Both the position numbers and the translations under genes were made by a program. A stretch of DNA of 38,050 bases from Nemertoderma westbladi (lineage: Eukaryota; Animalia; Xenacoelomorpha). The stretch is taken from positions 1 to 38,050 of the forward strand of contig JAUCBJ010008188.1 in NCBI GenBank assembly GCA_032718475.1, in the 5' to 3' direction. How positions within the stretch are numbered: position 1 is the stretch's first letter; each line of letters starts with the position of its first letter. Under the pieces are notes generated by a model that had not been told where the DNA came from, did no database searches, and saw only the letters and a list, made by a program, of their open reading frames with translations. Positions 10,643 through 22,006 of this stretch are shown here, piece after piece.

Positions 10643-11419
10643 AAGGTCCGCTACTAGGGATCCGACAAACTTTCCGCACAATCGGCAAACAGCGATACGT
10701 CGAATTGCCCCACCCCTCTTTGTGAAGGCAAAGAGGTTTGCCCCGAAGAACAATGGCGGACAGCAACCGGTACCTCACTCGCAACTGTTGTGTCAACAAA
10801 ACTCGCTATCGATAAGAGAAGAAACTCACTGCTTCACCATTAGCAGAAACTAGGTCCTTTAGTATCTTGGGACGTATATATATTTAATATTATTAACATA
10901 AATAATCGATCTTATTTTCCGGGGAAAAAGTAAAATTCATGCAATCCTATGGGTTACCTTTTCCCTTGAGAAAAATTATCATTTTCATTTTGGTATATTT
11001 TTGGGCGAAAAATTAACAATTTAAGTAAATAAAAGATTGTTAACCAATTTTGAGATAAAATAAGTGAAATTGAATTAGTTAAAAAGGATACTGCATTGAT
11101 CATATTATGATCCCTTCTATGAATGAAACAGTCTACTGTGACATATAGGCCTACACAAGACATGCAGTATAGACATGTGGCGCCAGCAATAATTATAATT
11201 GTGATGTAATTAGACACTTTCAATCTAAAAGATAATTCATTTATAATGGTAGCTAGCTACCCATAGGCTGCTAGTAAAGGACATTTGTCCAATCATTGTT
11301 TATGTAATTGCCATCTTTGATTACCTTTTTGAAAATGTTGGCTATATAAGAATGGGTTTTTGAGCATATGCATCAGTTCCTAATCGATTTCCTTCTTAAC
11401 TTTTGTAAAAAAATGTTCT

Positions 11420-11690
11420 CGACGACAGTGGTGTCGGCGTAGTGTGGAAGTGCTGTCGGCTCAATGTCGAAGTTGTTTTGGCATACCGTCGGCGTTTTGT
11501 TGCAAGGGTCGTCGCGTTGTGTTGAATTAGATTTGTCACAATGTGAACATAGTGTTAGCGTTTGTGTTGTCTGAGTGTCGGCGTGGTATCTGTTTGGTTT
11601 TGATGTACATTAGACATGGTGGCGACACAATGTCGACGTTGTTTTGGCACGTCGTCGCGTTGTGTTGAATTAGTTTTGTCACAATGTGAG
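11420..11690. repeat. GT-rich dispersed repeat with an internal duplication; second copy at about 12645-12782
   Basis: GTCGTCGCGTTGTGTTGAATTAG.TTTGTCACAATGTGA occurs twice; TCGGCGTGGTATCTGT...TTTTGATGTAC...TAGACAT.GTGGCG.CACAAT.TCGACGTT recurs at 12680-12750. Confidence 0.6.
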
Positions 11691-12812
11691 CCAGGGTTTT
11701 TTTTAGGAAATTTGCTGATGGCGCTATCGGCGCCATCGACCAAATTTTCCATGGCGCCAGGCGCCGCCATAGACAATACTACCACTACTAATACAACCAC
11801 AGTATGCCTACAGTACTACTACTTTACCCCGCACAGGATAACAGTAGTACCAGTAGACTTACGGCTTATGAGGTAGTTTATATGCTCATCAAAAATAAAA
11901 TCAAATTAAACAACTATCATTAATATTAATTAGTATAATGATAATGAATGAAAAAGACTAGAATTTCTCAATATTGTGTTAACCTTCATTTTAGACCTTT
12001 TCATTCATTATCTCTTAATGGTTTAAATTTGAGTTTTCAGCGTTTCCACGCCAACAAAGCAGCCAGATTTTGATAATTTATTTTCCAAAAAATTATATTT
12101 ACATAAAAACTACATATGACATACTGACTGTAATTGTCATACTGCAGGCTTCAAATATAATGCAGCTGCTATATATATTCAGACGATGTCGTGTCCGTAA
12201 CTTTATTAGTCAGTTTAAGTTAAATATCACAACGTGACGCGCCTGGAAATACTAATTAACTTTAATTAATATAATGTTAGTCGTTTAATTTTAAATCTTC
12301 TATGCTTTATATATTTTTTTCAAATTCAATTCTTGAATATAATTTAACTTAAAATAAACTATTTGAAAAGTAAACTATTTTTTGTAACTACATTAACTAA
12401 ATTCACAGTGATTAGTTAATTAAAACCACTTTAATTAACTAAATAACATAGAAATATCAACTTAACTAGTTGAAAGTTCGTTCACATTATGTGCCCATCC
12501 CACCACCTCAAACAATATGAGTCTGTGTGGGAATCTATTTTTATTTACGGTAAATATATTTTATTTATTTTTTTAATAATTCCGATACTGTAGGCCCTAT
12601 TGCAAGTAGAGAATATGCATGGCTAATCTCGGAGAAATCGGAGATGTGAGCGTAGTGTCGGTGATTGTGTTGGTTGAGTATCGGCGTGGTATCTGTGTGC
12701 TTTTGATGTACCGGTACAGTAGACATAGTGGCGGCACAATATCGACGTTATGTTGAAATAGTTTTGTCACAGTGTGTGAACATCTGATTTAACAAATTAT
12801 TTTGTATTTCAT

Positions 12813-13716
12813 TATAGTGGATATATCTTTTTACAGAATACAAGCGAACACACCCGAACACACTTCAACAACTGCCGAACACAATCGAACACAGTCGAAA
12901 ATAGAACGAGCACAAAAAAATAACACCGGGTACCAACATTTAGATAAAATTAGCCACGTGTTGCTTTTCTATAAGTAAATCCCTGTAATTATTGTATAAA
13001 ATTGTCGCGAAATTAAATATTTATTTCTTATCAGATCAAGCCTAGCCGAGGCCGACAATTAATAATTTAACATAGTAGTTTACGCCTAAGTTAAGTGTGG
13101 TTAGCACCGGGACAGACCATACCGGTACCTACCAGGGTAGGTACCTAACCGGGACCCAGCTCTTTATATTCCAGTGCAGCAGTAGGCAGGTACGCCTAGG
13201 TACCGGTACCTATGTTCTATGTTGTACCGACGTGTTGTACCGTACGGTAACGGGCCTAACTTCCTAATTCATATCATCAGCAATCAGTCCCAGACCAAGG
13301 TATTCCAGTACACAGGCAAACAGGCCTATTAGCTAACCCGCTATTACTATATATGTGACAGGTACTGAGGTACGGTACCCGGTAGGCTTCCCTACATAGT
13401 TTGTTATACAGTACAGCAGTACACAACAAATTATAGGCCTACCTGATAAGAAATTAATATTTAATTTCGCGACAATTTTATTCAATAATTTCGGGAATTT
13501 TCTTATAGAAAAGCAACGCTTGGCTAATTTTATCTAAAAGTTGGAACCCGGTGATATTTTTTTGTGCTCTTTCTATTTTCGACTGTGTTCGATTGTGTTC
13601 GGCAGTTTTTGGAGTGTGTTGGGGTGTGTTCGACTGTGTTCGGTCGTGTTCGGCAGTTTTTGGAGTGTGTTCTGGTGTGTTCGCCTGTGTTCTGTAAAAA
13701 TAACTATCCCATTATA
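12813..13716. mobile_element. Non-autonomous DNA transposon with ~220-270-bp terminal inverted repeats
   Basis: 12813-13034 (CGAACAC repeats...AAAATTGTCGCGAAATTAAATAT..ATTTCTTATCAG) is reverse-complemented at 13443-13716; the right arm has an extra ~50-bp internal duplication. Confidence 0.85.
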
Positions 13717-13745
13717 GTTTGCTTGCAAATATAATTTCTGTTAAA

Positions 13746-14245
13746 ATGTTCAAATTGTTGGTATTTGCAACATTTGTTGTAGTTGGATTCAGTTTGAATT
13801 GCTTTATTAGTCACCATTCGGGTCGTGGGGGATTGGTTGTCCAAGAAGATTGTCATATCTGCATAGTAAGCGTCAGTCAGGTCCCACGATATTATATCAC
13901 ATGACCATTTATTACATTATACTGTACTGTAGTTAACGTAAACTGGACAATTCCAACGCAAGCAGGAATTAATTCGCATTTCGGTTGGAAATTATTACTA
14001 TTCTCGGCGGGGTACAATAAAATATTAATTATGATTCTTTTTTATTTCAGACTAAAAATAGCAGAGAATATGAGTCTGTGGAGACGATCACGGATCGATT
14101 ATGCCTTCACGAGGATGTCGCCGCCACACTAGACATACCTAACCTGGAGTGCGATACATTAGAACAAGTCGCTTGTTCGTACGAAGGACCAGACGTGACA
14201 GAATGCACCTTAACTTGCTGTTCTGAAAACTTTTGCAACCTATAA
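13746..14245 (+). CDS. Secreted Ly6/uPAR (three-finger) domain protein, 104 aa, two exons: 13746-13865 and 14051-14245
   Basis: Signal peptide MFKLLVFATFVVVGFS then LNCF; donor ATA|GTAAGC at 13866, acceptor TTTATTTCAG| at 14050, phase 0; exon 2 ends TCCSENFCNL* (CCxxxxCN signature); 10 Cys; AATAAA at 14251. Confidence 0.8.
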
Positions 14246-14470
14246 AAATGAATAAACTATGTTCGCATGAGTTTTACTTGAGTTGTTAGGTGATGGATTT
14301 GTACGATAAATGTTTAAAAATGTATGGCCTATCACTCTGGGTTTTGCGCGCTGTTTCCAATAAAAGCATGGTAGTCAAGATCTACATACTGTATATCTAT
14401 TATATAGTGTAGGGCCTATAATGTATTACAGTATAAACCATTTTATAAACCATCTTTTTTTAAAAATACC

Positions 14471-14579
14471 ACTACTACTAGGATCGGCATGCTGGCTGCA
14501 TTGCAGCTACATTTTTAAGAATGCTGTACCGGCTTGTCGACAAAATTGCACCGCCACAACTCCCTATCACCCATGACAT
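14471..14579 (-). mobile_element. Short 3'-end copy of the RTE family
   Basis: Reverse complement of about 10039-10132 including the (TAG)n tail, with a small insertion. Confidence 0.9.
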
Positions 14580-16984
14580 GTGTAATTTTGTCTCAATTTT
14601 GCCACTTTAAGTGAAAAATGTAGCATTGTCGTTTAAAAACGCACCATGTTTTTATTTCAAGTCAATTTAAAACTACTTTTTATGCGAGATTAGCAAAGTA
14701 CTCCATTACGTAATAACGATATATTATTAGTAACTAACTATGCACAATTTCATTATTATTATTGTAATGGGGATCAAAAGTGGCATACTCTGAGGCCACA
14801 TTCACGCAACCAAGTAAAAATAACATTTTGAATTGAAAATATGCAGTTTTATAATAAGCCAGAATCGTCCAATTTCAATACAGAATGCTAAAAAATAATT
14901 AAATCAAACCACTAAAATACACAAATTGTGAATGAAATTGCAATAAACATTATATATTATAAGGGAAAAAAGTGTTTAATATTCGGTACCAGCTACAGGA
15001 ACATTTGCAGCATTCCAGTTAACGTGAGGAAAGCAGGAATAAATATCTCGTAGATAAAGTTATTGCAAAATTATATATACATGATTTATTGAAATTGTGT
15101 ACAATACATCATCGGAATTAACAATCATTGTGATATGATAAGGACCAATAACTTTGCTTAGGCTAAGATCTGCCCCAAAAAGAAACACTCTGTAACCCGC
15201 CATGTGAAATTGTTTACCCAACGGCTAGTATAAAATAAATAAAACCAATAAAATAAATAAGTCGAAGAAAGATCGCAAAATTATTAAAGTAAGAATTAAT
15301 TAAGATAAATTAAGTGACGAGTCTTGTAAGGATTGCAAGTGAAAAGCGAGACGCAGATGGGATATATTGTCCGGTAGAATGTAGAAGTGATAATGTAGAG
15401 TGCAGAATATCTGTGGCAGGCGCGCCACAAAACCCACAGTGGCAGGAGTCAGAAGGCCGCCAACAAGAGCTAATTGAACACAGACTTGCTAATCCCGTAC
15501 CAAATTAATATGACAAAAAGCAATATTATATTTATACTGTATTACAGTAGTTTACTACATTCTACATTTTACACCGAAATTAAACCATCACAACAACTGT
15601 ACTAAATTTAAGTTTAAATAAATTTAACCAGAATTAGTTACAGTTGTACTAAAATTAATCTGTTACTCTTTTACTTCAGTTCAAGGCGCGGAGTTCGTCT
15701 CTACATGTAAAAGCTTTTGCGGAATTGCCCGGTTATTTTTCCTTATTTTTCCCGTAAAATACTCTGTAGTTGGTTTAGTAGGCGTAAGAGGCCGTATTAT
15801 TGCTGTATCGGTGTTTTTTAGAGGACCTAAGAGCTATTTCTTCCGTATGTGTACTTTGGGGGACATGGTTGGTGATTCTATGGCAATTCTATGACGCAAA
15901 ATAGCTAGATCCTCTTGAAACAGTAGTTACTATGACGACGGTTAACAGCTGAGCTGTATACGTGTCGATTTTCTTTGTTCTACGGTGCCTCTCAGTTCAG
16001 TCAACCAATCAGAGCGTTTTTACTGTCCTTGTACAGAAATTTCCTAGAAATCACGCAATGCTTTATGGGCAGTGTTATCATTCAGTCCTGAGCCAAGAAA
16101 GAACGGCTTTTGGAATATTTGTGCTTTTCTGCTTTTAGCCTAACACTAGTAGGCTTAATTATAAGGACATATATCCGTTATCACTGGGTAACTCAATGGT
16201 TAACAACTTACTCAATGCTTGGCTGGTCTTGTCGTGCATACTTTTATAACGTTATACTGCTATTTACTGTCGGTTATTCATTATATGGTTGATGAAATAT
16301 TATATTTGGAATAACGAGAAATAACCCCGAAAACCCAATATTCTTGATATACCGAAGGTAAGAGAGACAGGTTACATATAACGATTGTGACTTATGTTAA
16401 AGTGGTTTGAAGTGAATCTAATGTTATCTGATAGACCCTACATGAGTCGGTCTGTGTTCCTTTTATATGTGACTAAAATCAGTGAAGATCGGCAGATCAG
16501 TGTGCAGTATTGTGCAGCATTGTGTATGAGTGAGACTGATAACGAAGCATTTCCTAAAGAATGCGCCATATATGTGAATTGTAACTAAGCCATATCGTTG
16601 CATGTAGTTTAAGTCATAGCTCTGTTTATATAGATAGAGCGCCACGTCGAAAAGGAACTGTTAATATTCCCCGAAGGTGAATAATATTGTCAGAGATTAT
16701 ATAATACTGTCAGTCGAATAATACATTAGGCTTACATAGCAATAAGATTAAGCCGTCGAAGTCAATCTCCCGGGTATATCCAGCGGGTGAATGATCGCGC
16801 ACAGATTGGTTTCAACTAGTGTAGTGAATCAAATACTTGTCAGAGGCTAAAAGCGATTTATTATCTAGAAGACATCCTAATTTGGCGGGTTAAACTGCCA
16901 AAGGTCTGAAAGCGCGAACAATAACAGATATTGCTTCTTTATTGCAGTAAGCAATAAAGTTGAAAGTACTGGTCAACCGGTAAA

Positions 16985-17113
16985 CCTGAACCGGTACTGC
17001 GGTACGTCTGTAGGCCCAACTGCCTGAACCGGTACTGCTGTAGGTCTGTAGGCCCAACTGCCTGAACCGGTACTGCTGTAGGCCCGTAGGCTCAACTGTC
17101 CTAACCGGTACTT
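16985..17113. repeat. 38-bp tandem repeat, ~3.4 copies
   Basis: CCTGAACCGGTACTGCTGTAGGTCTGTAGGCCCAACTG at 16985, 17023, 17061. Confidence 0.9.
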
Positions 17114-17289
17114 CCAGTACAGGTATAGCAGTATTATTCGATTTTGATTATTATATACCAGTAGGCCTTAATAATTAATCAGGGAGGGCCCGCCCTGGTT
17201 TTTTATTGAGATTTTACTTATTTCTGTCAGTTTTATTTATTTGTAGGCCAATATTGAACAGAAGGCGTGTAAGCCTGATCAGATTGTAC

Positions 17290-17861
17290 AGACAATTTGT
17301 AGGCTTGACTGTTGGCTAACTGTTGATTAGGTCTGAACGGATTGCAGTGCATGTAGAGTGTATGTCCGATAAAGAACGGTTAGGAAGTAGGGGCAGCCAT
17401 AGCTGTAAGGTAAACCCCCATCTAAAGAATAAGTCGTACTACTGGGTTAGAACGCATACTACTTAACCATTTCGGAGTCTGCATGTCCTGTGGTTTATTT
17501 AGGCCTGATAGGAGTCCGCCAGCGTTTGGTCTGTACTTTGTTTGTAGTCTGTATGGGTAGCGTATAATTTTATTTAGATAATTTGTAGGCTGGATAGTTG
17601 TCTGGCTGTTGTTGGGTTTGAGGAAATTTCGGTGTGTGTAGAGCATCTGTCCGATAAAGTGCTAAGTTAGGAAAGTAGGGGCTTCAAGTGCTGTGAGGTA
17701 AACCCCCTGTGAAAGAATAAGTCGTACTACTGGGTTAGAACGCATACTAACTAATCATTTTGGAGTCTGCATATACCGTAGTTTGTTTAGGCTTGATAGT
17801 AGTCTGTCAGTGTTTGGTCTGCATTTTGTTTGAATAGTTTGTACGCGTAGCGTAATATTTA
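17290..17861 (+). repeat. Diverged ~288-bp tandem duplication with an identical 38-nt core (candidate SL-RNA-like ncRNA pair)
   Basis: AAAGAATAAGTCGTACTACTGGGTTAGAACGCATACTA at 17424-17461 and 17712-17749; flanks alignable but with many substitutions. The confidence refers to the duplication, not the ncRNA hypothesis. Confidence 0.85.
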
Positions 17862-18953
17862 TTATTCAGAGTTTATGCGATTATTCGCAACATTCATATC
17901 CCCAAGTTTATTCCTACAGTAATTGTGTTTGTTATACATACCGTTATAGTTAAACTAACCCCGGTACCGGTACTACATCAGGGCTGCTCGGCGTAGGTAA
18001 AGACTGGAGATTTTGTGCTTTGGTCACTCCGGCAGATACCGTGGTTCTTTTAGCTGTTCAAGTATTTTTAACTACTGATTATTTGTTATACAAGTACTTG
18101 TACCTAATTTAGGGTTTAGTGTACAGTGCTTTCCGAAAGCAATTAGTGTGTAGGCAGTGTATTTGTGTTGTAAAGTGGTTAATAGGCACGTTGGTTCTGG
18201 TAGACCGCGGTAATTAACTTCTAGGTAGGGACACTCCGTGATACATAACGTAGTACCTATAGCGATACGGTTATAGGTCGTCAGGCGGTGGTATTTTCCT
18301 ATCTGGACAACGCAGTATATTTACTACTACTTATTATTTTCAAATACCGTAGTAACCTGTCCGTTGTAATAACCAGATATTCTAACCCTTTGTTAGGCTG
18401 GTTAGTAGACTTCTTGTAAAATTACCCTAAAAATTTTGTATTTGTGTATTTGTAATTAAATTTTTGTGTTTATTTAGAGATTCTAATCTCAACCCGAATT
18501 GTACGTAATTTGTAGTATTAAGTAACTTAGGTAAATTAGAATTATTTGTTTTAGTGTCTAACAAGTAGCACTCCACTGAGAGCGCACAGCTTATGTGTAG
18601 TGACTCCCCCAGAAATAATAACATTTATTTCAAACATTGACAAAACCCATTTCAACGGGTATATATATTATAAATCAACTCAAACGATTTATAAATAGTA
18701 GGCCTGCCATACAACAATTAGGTCTCAATATCAGTTGGACTACTGCTTAAATAACGGTAATAAAGTAAGTTAAAGTAACCAAGTAACCCTTAAAATTCAG
18801 AAATTCAATTATTTAAAATAATTGATATACCGGTATCCACGATAGGCCTATTATATATTTATATTTGTGCTGAAATCATACCGGTATTCTGTAATTAATT
18901 CTAGTTAATAATTATACTTATATATACTATAAGTATAAACTGCATACCGGTAT

Positions 18954-19251
18954 TGGGATCGGAAATAAATGAATACCAGCTGCATCAGTTTATTAATGGT
19001 CGACATACAGAACAGCATATCAAACAATAATATGAACCAACAGGCCAACGAACACACCCACCACCTTACAGCACATCAGTACAGCAGTACAGTAGGTACC
19101 GGTAACGGTTACGGTACCTACAGACCTAGAAGATAGGAAAGACTGAATACCGGAATACCAGAAGAGGACCGGTAGGTAAAAGACCAGTAGGTTGGATCTA
19201 ACCACCACCAAGCCAGGGTCTACTAGAGCCCTAACAATACATAATCTAACA
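18954..19251 (-). repeat. 3' LTR
   Basis: Direct repeat of 24170-24467 (offset 5216); preceded on the minus strand by a polypurine tract at 19252-19261. Confidence 0.95.
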
Positions 19252-19321
19252 TCTCCCCCAAGAACAATGTAGGAGACATTTGTACTGAAAAAAAAAATCC
19301 AACCACCACCAATAGGTCAGT

Positions 19322-22006
19322 TCATTGAACTCCGAATCTTGCTGGTTGCTTGTGAGTTCTCGAACTGCGCCTGGGAAGATCATCAGCGAACTGTACCTGT
19401 TTTTGAGGCGTTATGTCACGAAGAGGAGAGTCATCTGGGATGGAACGTAGATAACGACGATTTCTCCAATACACCCGACCATTGTCTAGTTCTATCCGGT
19501 AATCTCGCCTAGTACCACGGGAAAGGACGATACCAGATTTGTTCCATAGTTTGGAATGTGCACTCTGGATGCAAACTCGGGAACCAATAGGAATCGGGGT
19601 TAAGTCGTGAGCATGATCATTATAATATGATTCAGTTGCTGAAGACGTTGAAGGACCAGGGATAGGGAATGAATCACCTGCCAGTGTGGACGAATGAGCT
19701 AGTATAGTGGAACGGAGGGATCTACCGAACAACAGTTGAGCTGGAGACATGCCATGTTCTTTAGGAGTATTTCTCCATTCCAGCAAACCACGAACAAAGC
19801 AAGTAGAGTTTAGATCTCCTTTGACATCTAACTTTTTTATCAATGATTTCATGGCCTTTACAGCCCCCTCTGCATGGCCATTAGACTGAGGATACTCAGG
19901 AGTAGAATACTCAGGGATGATATTCCATTCGGATAAGAAATCATGATAACGTGCTGAATTAAATTGTGTACCACCATCAGAACGAAGGCGTTTTGGAATA
20001 CCGAAATCTTTGAACCATCCTCGAAGAGCTGAAATAACTTGAGAGCTGGAAGGATCGGCACGCCAAGAATGAACGCACGGCCACCCAGAATATCTATCGA
20101 CATAAACCAGGTATGACCAGGTGCTGAAGTAGAAAAGATCAGCAGAGCAATCCTCCATTGGAAGACATGGATGAGGGTCGCTTTGGAGAGACTCTTTAGG
20201 TAAACTTGGTTGATAAAGTTGACACTGGGGACAAGAATTGACTATGTTTGTAATATCGCTATTGATACCAGGCCAGAATACAGTTTGCCTAGCTCTCCTC
20301 TTAGAACGTTCAATGCCCTGATGAGCATCATGAAGGTGCTTCAGGACATTCTTGCGGAGGGAAGATGGAATTACAATCCGGGAACCTAATAAAAGAAGAT
20401 TATCTTCACAAGATAACTGATGTCGCACATTCCAGAATGGGTGTATGTGCACAGAACATTGTGTGGATGTTGAGGGAAATCCAGAAATAACAGCATCCAC
20501 CAAAGCCATGTAAGAAATATCATCCTTTGCAGATGATCGGATAGACTCAATATATGAATCCTTGAGATGACTTGGAGCATCAGAGACAACAATTGAGGTA
20601 GACACGTGACGAATGACTGCAGAAACATGGTCATTGACATCTGTATCACAAAGAATATCCTCTGGAGTAGGATCCGAAACAGGGGCACGGGAAAGTGCGT
20701 CTGGAATGGAATGTTCACTTCCCTTTCTCCATGTTGTAATGAAGAAATAAAGGGTGAGTTTCTCTTTAAGACGTTGGATTCGGGGATTGTCTATCATATC
20801 CAAAGTATAATTGTTTAGGATAGGAAGAAGAGGTTTATGGTCAATTACCAACTCAAATGATGGGAGACCCATAAGATACACCTTACACTTCCTAGTAGCC
20901 CATACGACGGCTAACAGTTCAAGCTCTATCATTGCGTAACGTGATTCAGTGTCAGTTATGAATCTTGAACCGCACTGAATGAGTTTCCAAAAGCTGTCGT
21001 GTTTCTGAAGAAGTGAGAAACCAAGACCCTTCAAACGTGAAGCATCTGTCTGCAACATTGTAGGCAGCAATGGATCATATGGAGCTAGAATTGGAGGACT
21101 TACAAGAGCTTTCTTAACTGCTTGAAATGCAGTCTCTTGGGGTTCTGACCAACAGAAGACATTTTTAACTTTAAGAAGGTCCCGAAGAGGGCCTGCCTTT
21201 TCGCTAATAGAGGAAGTGAACTCACCTAGTTGGTTCACAAGACCCAAGAAAGATCTAAGTTCAGAAATGTTGGTCGGAACAGGAAAGTCAGCAATAGCAT
21301 TAAGTTTGGAAGGATTCGCTTGAATACCATTACTACTAATTATATATCCTGCGAAGCACACCTCAGGGGTAGCTAATTTGAATTTCGCAGCTTTGAGACT
21401 GATCTGGTGTTCACGACACCGATCCAGAACGGCAATAATATGTGCGAGATGACTGTGACTATCGGAAGAATGAATTAGAATGTCATCAACTACTTTAGCA
21501 ATGCCTTCCAATCCCTGTAACGCTATATCACCACGAAGACAAAACACATCTTGTGCTGAAGTTAATCCCATGGGATTCCTAAGAAACTTGAATCGACCCC
21601 AAGGGGAAATGAATGTTGTTAAATTCTGACTGGATTCATCAAGAGGTATCTGCCAATATCCATCCTTGACATCTAATGAAGACAAGAAGCAATCTGATGG
21701 AGAAATCGAATTGACAGCCTCACGAGGAGTAACCGATGGATGATACGGACGTTTAACATGTTTGTTTAGTTTAGTCAAATCAACACAAAGGCGCCAACCG
21801 CCTGTTGGTTTAGGAACTACAACAAGAGGATGGACCCAATCAGTTGGTTCGTTATCCAGAACTGGACAAATAATACCTTGTTCAACCATTTTCTCTAAGC
21901 GAGCTTTAGCCCAGTCTCTAATGGCTAAAGGAAGTTGCCTGGCTGTATGAATAGCATATGGTTGGGCATCATCTTTTAATGAAATGGTCATGGGTGGGCC
22001 ATTCAT
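19322..22006 (-). CDS. pol: Gypsy pol: reverse transcriptase, RNase H, integrase
   Basis: WRLCVDLTKLN, LDVKDGYWQI, VVDDIL; TDAS, ELELLAV, DHKPL, DALSR; HDAH...CPQC zinc finger, ADLF/SDGG/SNGHAE integrase core. Confidence 0.95.
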   Translation of the reverse strand: MNGPPMTISLKDDAQPYAIHTARQLPLAIRDWAKARLEKMVEQGIICPVLDNEPTDWVHPLVVVPKPTGGWRLCVDLTKLNKHVKRPYHPSVTPREAVNSISPSDCFLSSLDVKDGYWQIPLDESSQNLTTFISPWGRFKFLRNPMGLTSAQDVFCLRGDIALQGLEGIAKVVDDILIHSSDSHSHLAHIIAVLDRCREHQISLKAAKFKLATPEVCFAGYIISSNGIQANPSKLNAIADFPVPTNISELRSFLGLVNQLGEFTSSISEKAGPLRDLLKVKNVFCWSEPQETAFQAVKKALVSPPILAPYDPLLPTMLQTDASRLKGLGFSLLQKHDSFWKLIQCGSRFITDTESRYAMIELELLAVVWATRKCKVYLMGLPSFELVIDHKPLLPILNNYTLDMIDNPRIQRLKEKLTLYFFITTWRKGSEHSIPDALSRAPVSDPTPEDILCDTDVNDHVSAVIRHVSTSIVVSDAPSHLKDSYIESIRSSAKDDISYMALVDAVISGFPSTSTQCSVHIHPFWNVRHQLSCEDNLLLLGSRIVIPSSLRKNVLKHLHDAHQGIERSKRRARQTVFWPGINSDITNIVNSCPQCQLYQPSLPKESLQSDPHPCLPMEDCSADLFYFSTWSYLVYVDRYSGWPCVHSWRADPSSSQVISALRGWFKDFGIPKRLRSDGGTQFNSARYHDFLSEWNIIPEYSTPEYPQSNGHAEGAVKAMKSLIKKLDVKGDLNSTCFVRGLLEWRNTPKEHGMSPAQLLFGRSLRSTILAHSSTLAGDSFPIPGPSTSSATESYYNDHAHDLTPIPIGSRVCIQSAHSKLWNKSGIVLSRGTRRDYRIELDNGRVYWRNRRYLRSIPDDSPLRDITPQKQVQFADDLPRRSSRTHKQPARFGVQ

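Noticed and set aside
17390-17780. Hammerhead ribozyme in the 288-bp tandem units
   Set aside because: No correctly arranged CUGANGA and GAAA core found by eye
19020-19211. Duplicated 63-aa ORFs (also 24236-24427)
   Set aside because: They lie within the LTRs and have no recognisable protein features
20245-20265. pol peptide NSDIT as the source of the (SDIT)n repeat
   Set aside because: The match is at protein level only; codons differ (AGC GAT ATT ACA vs TCC GAT ATC ACT)
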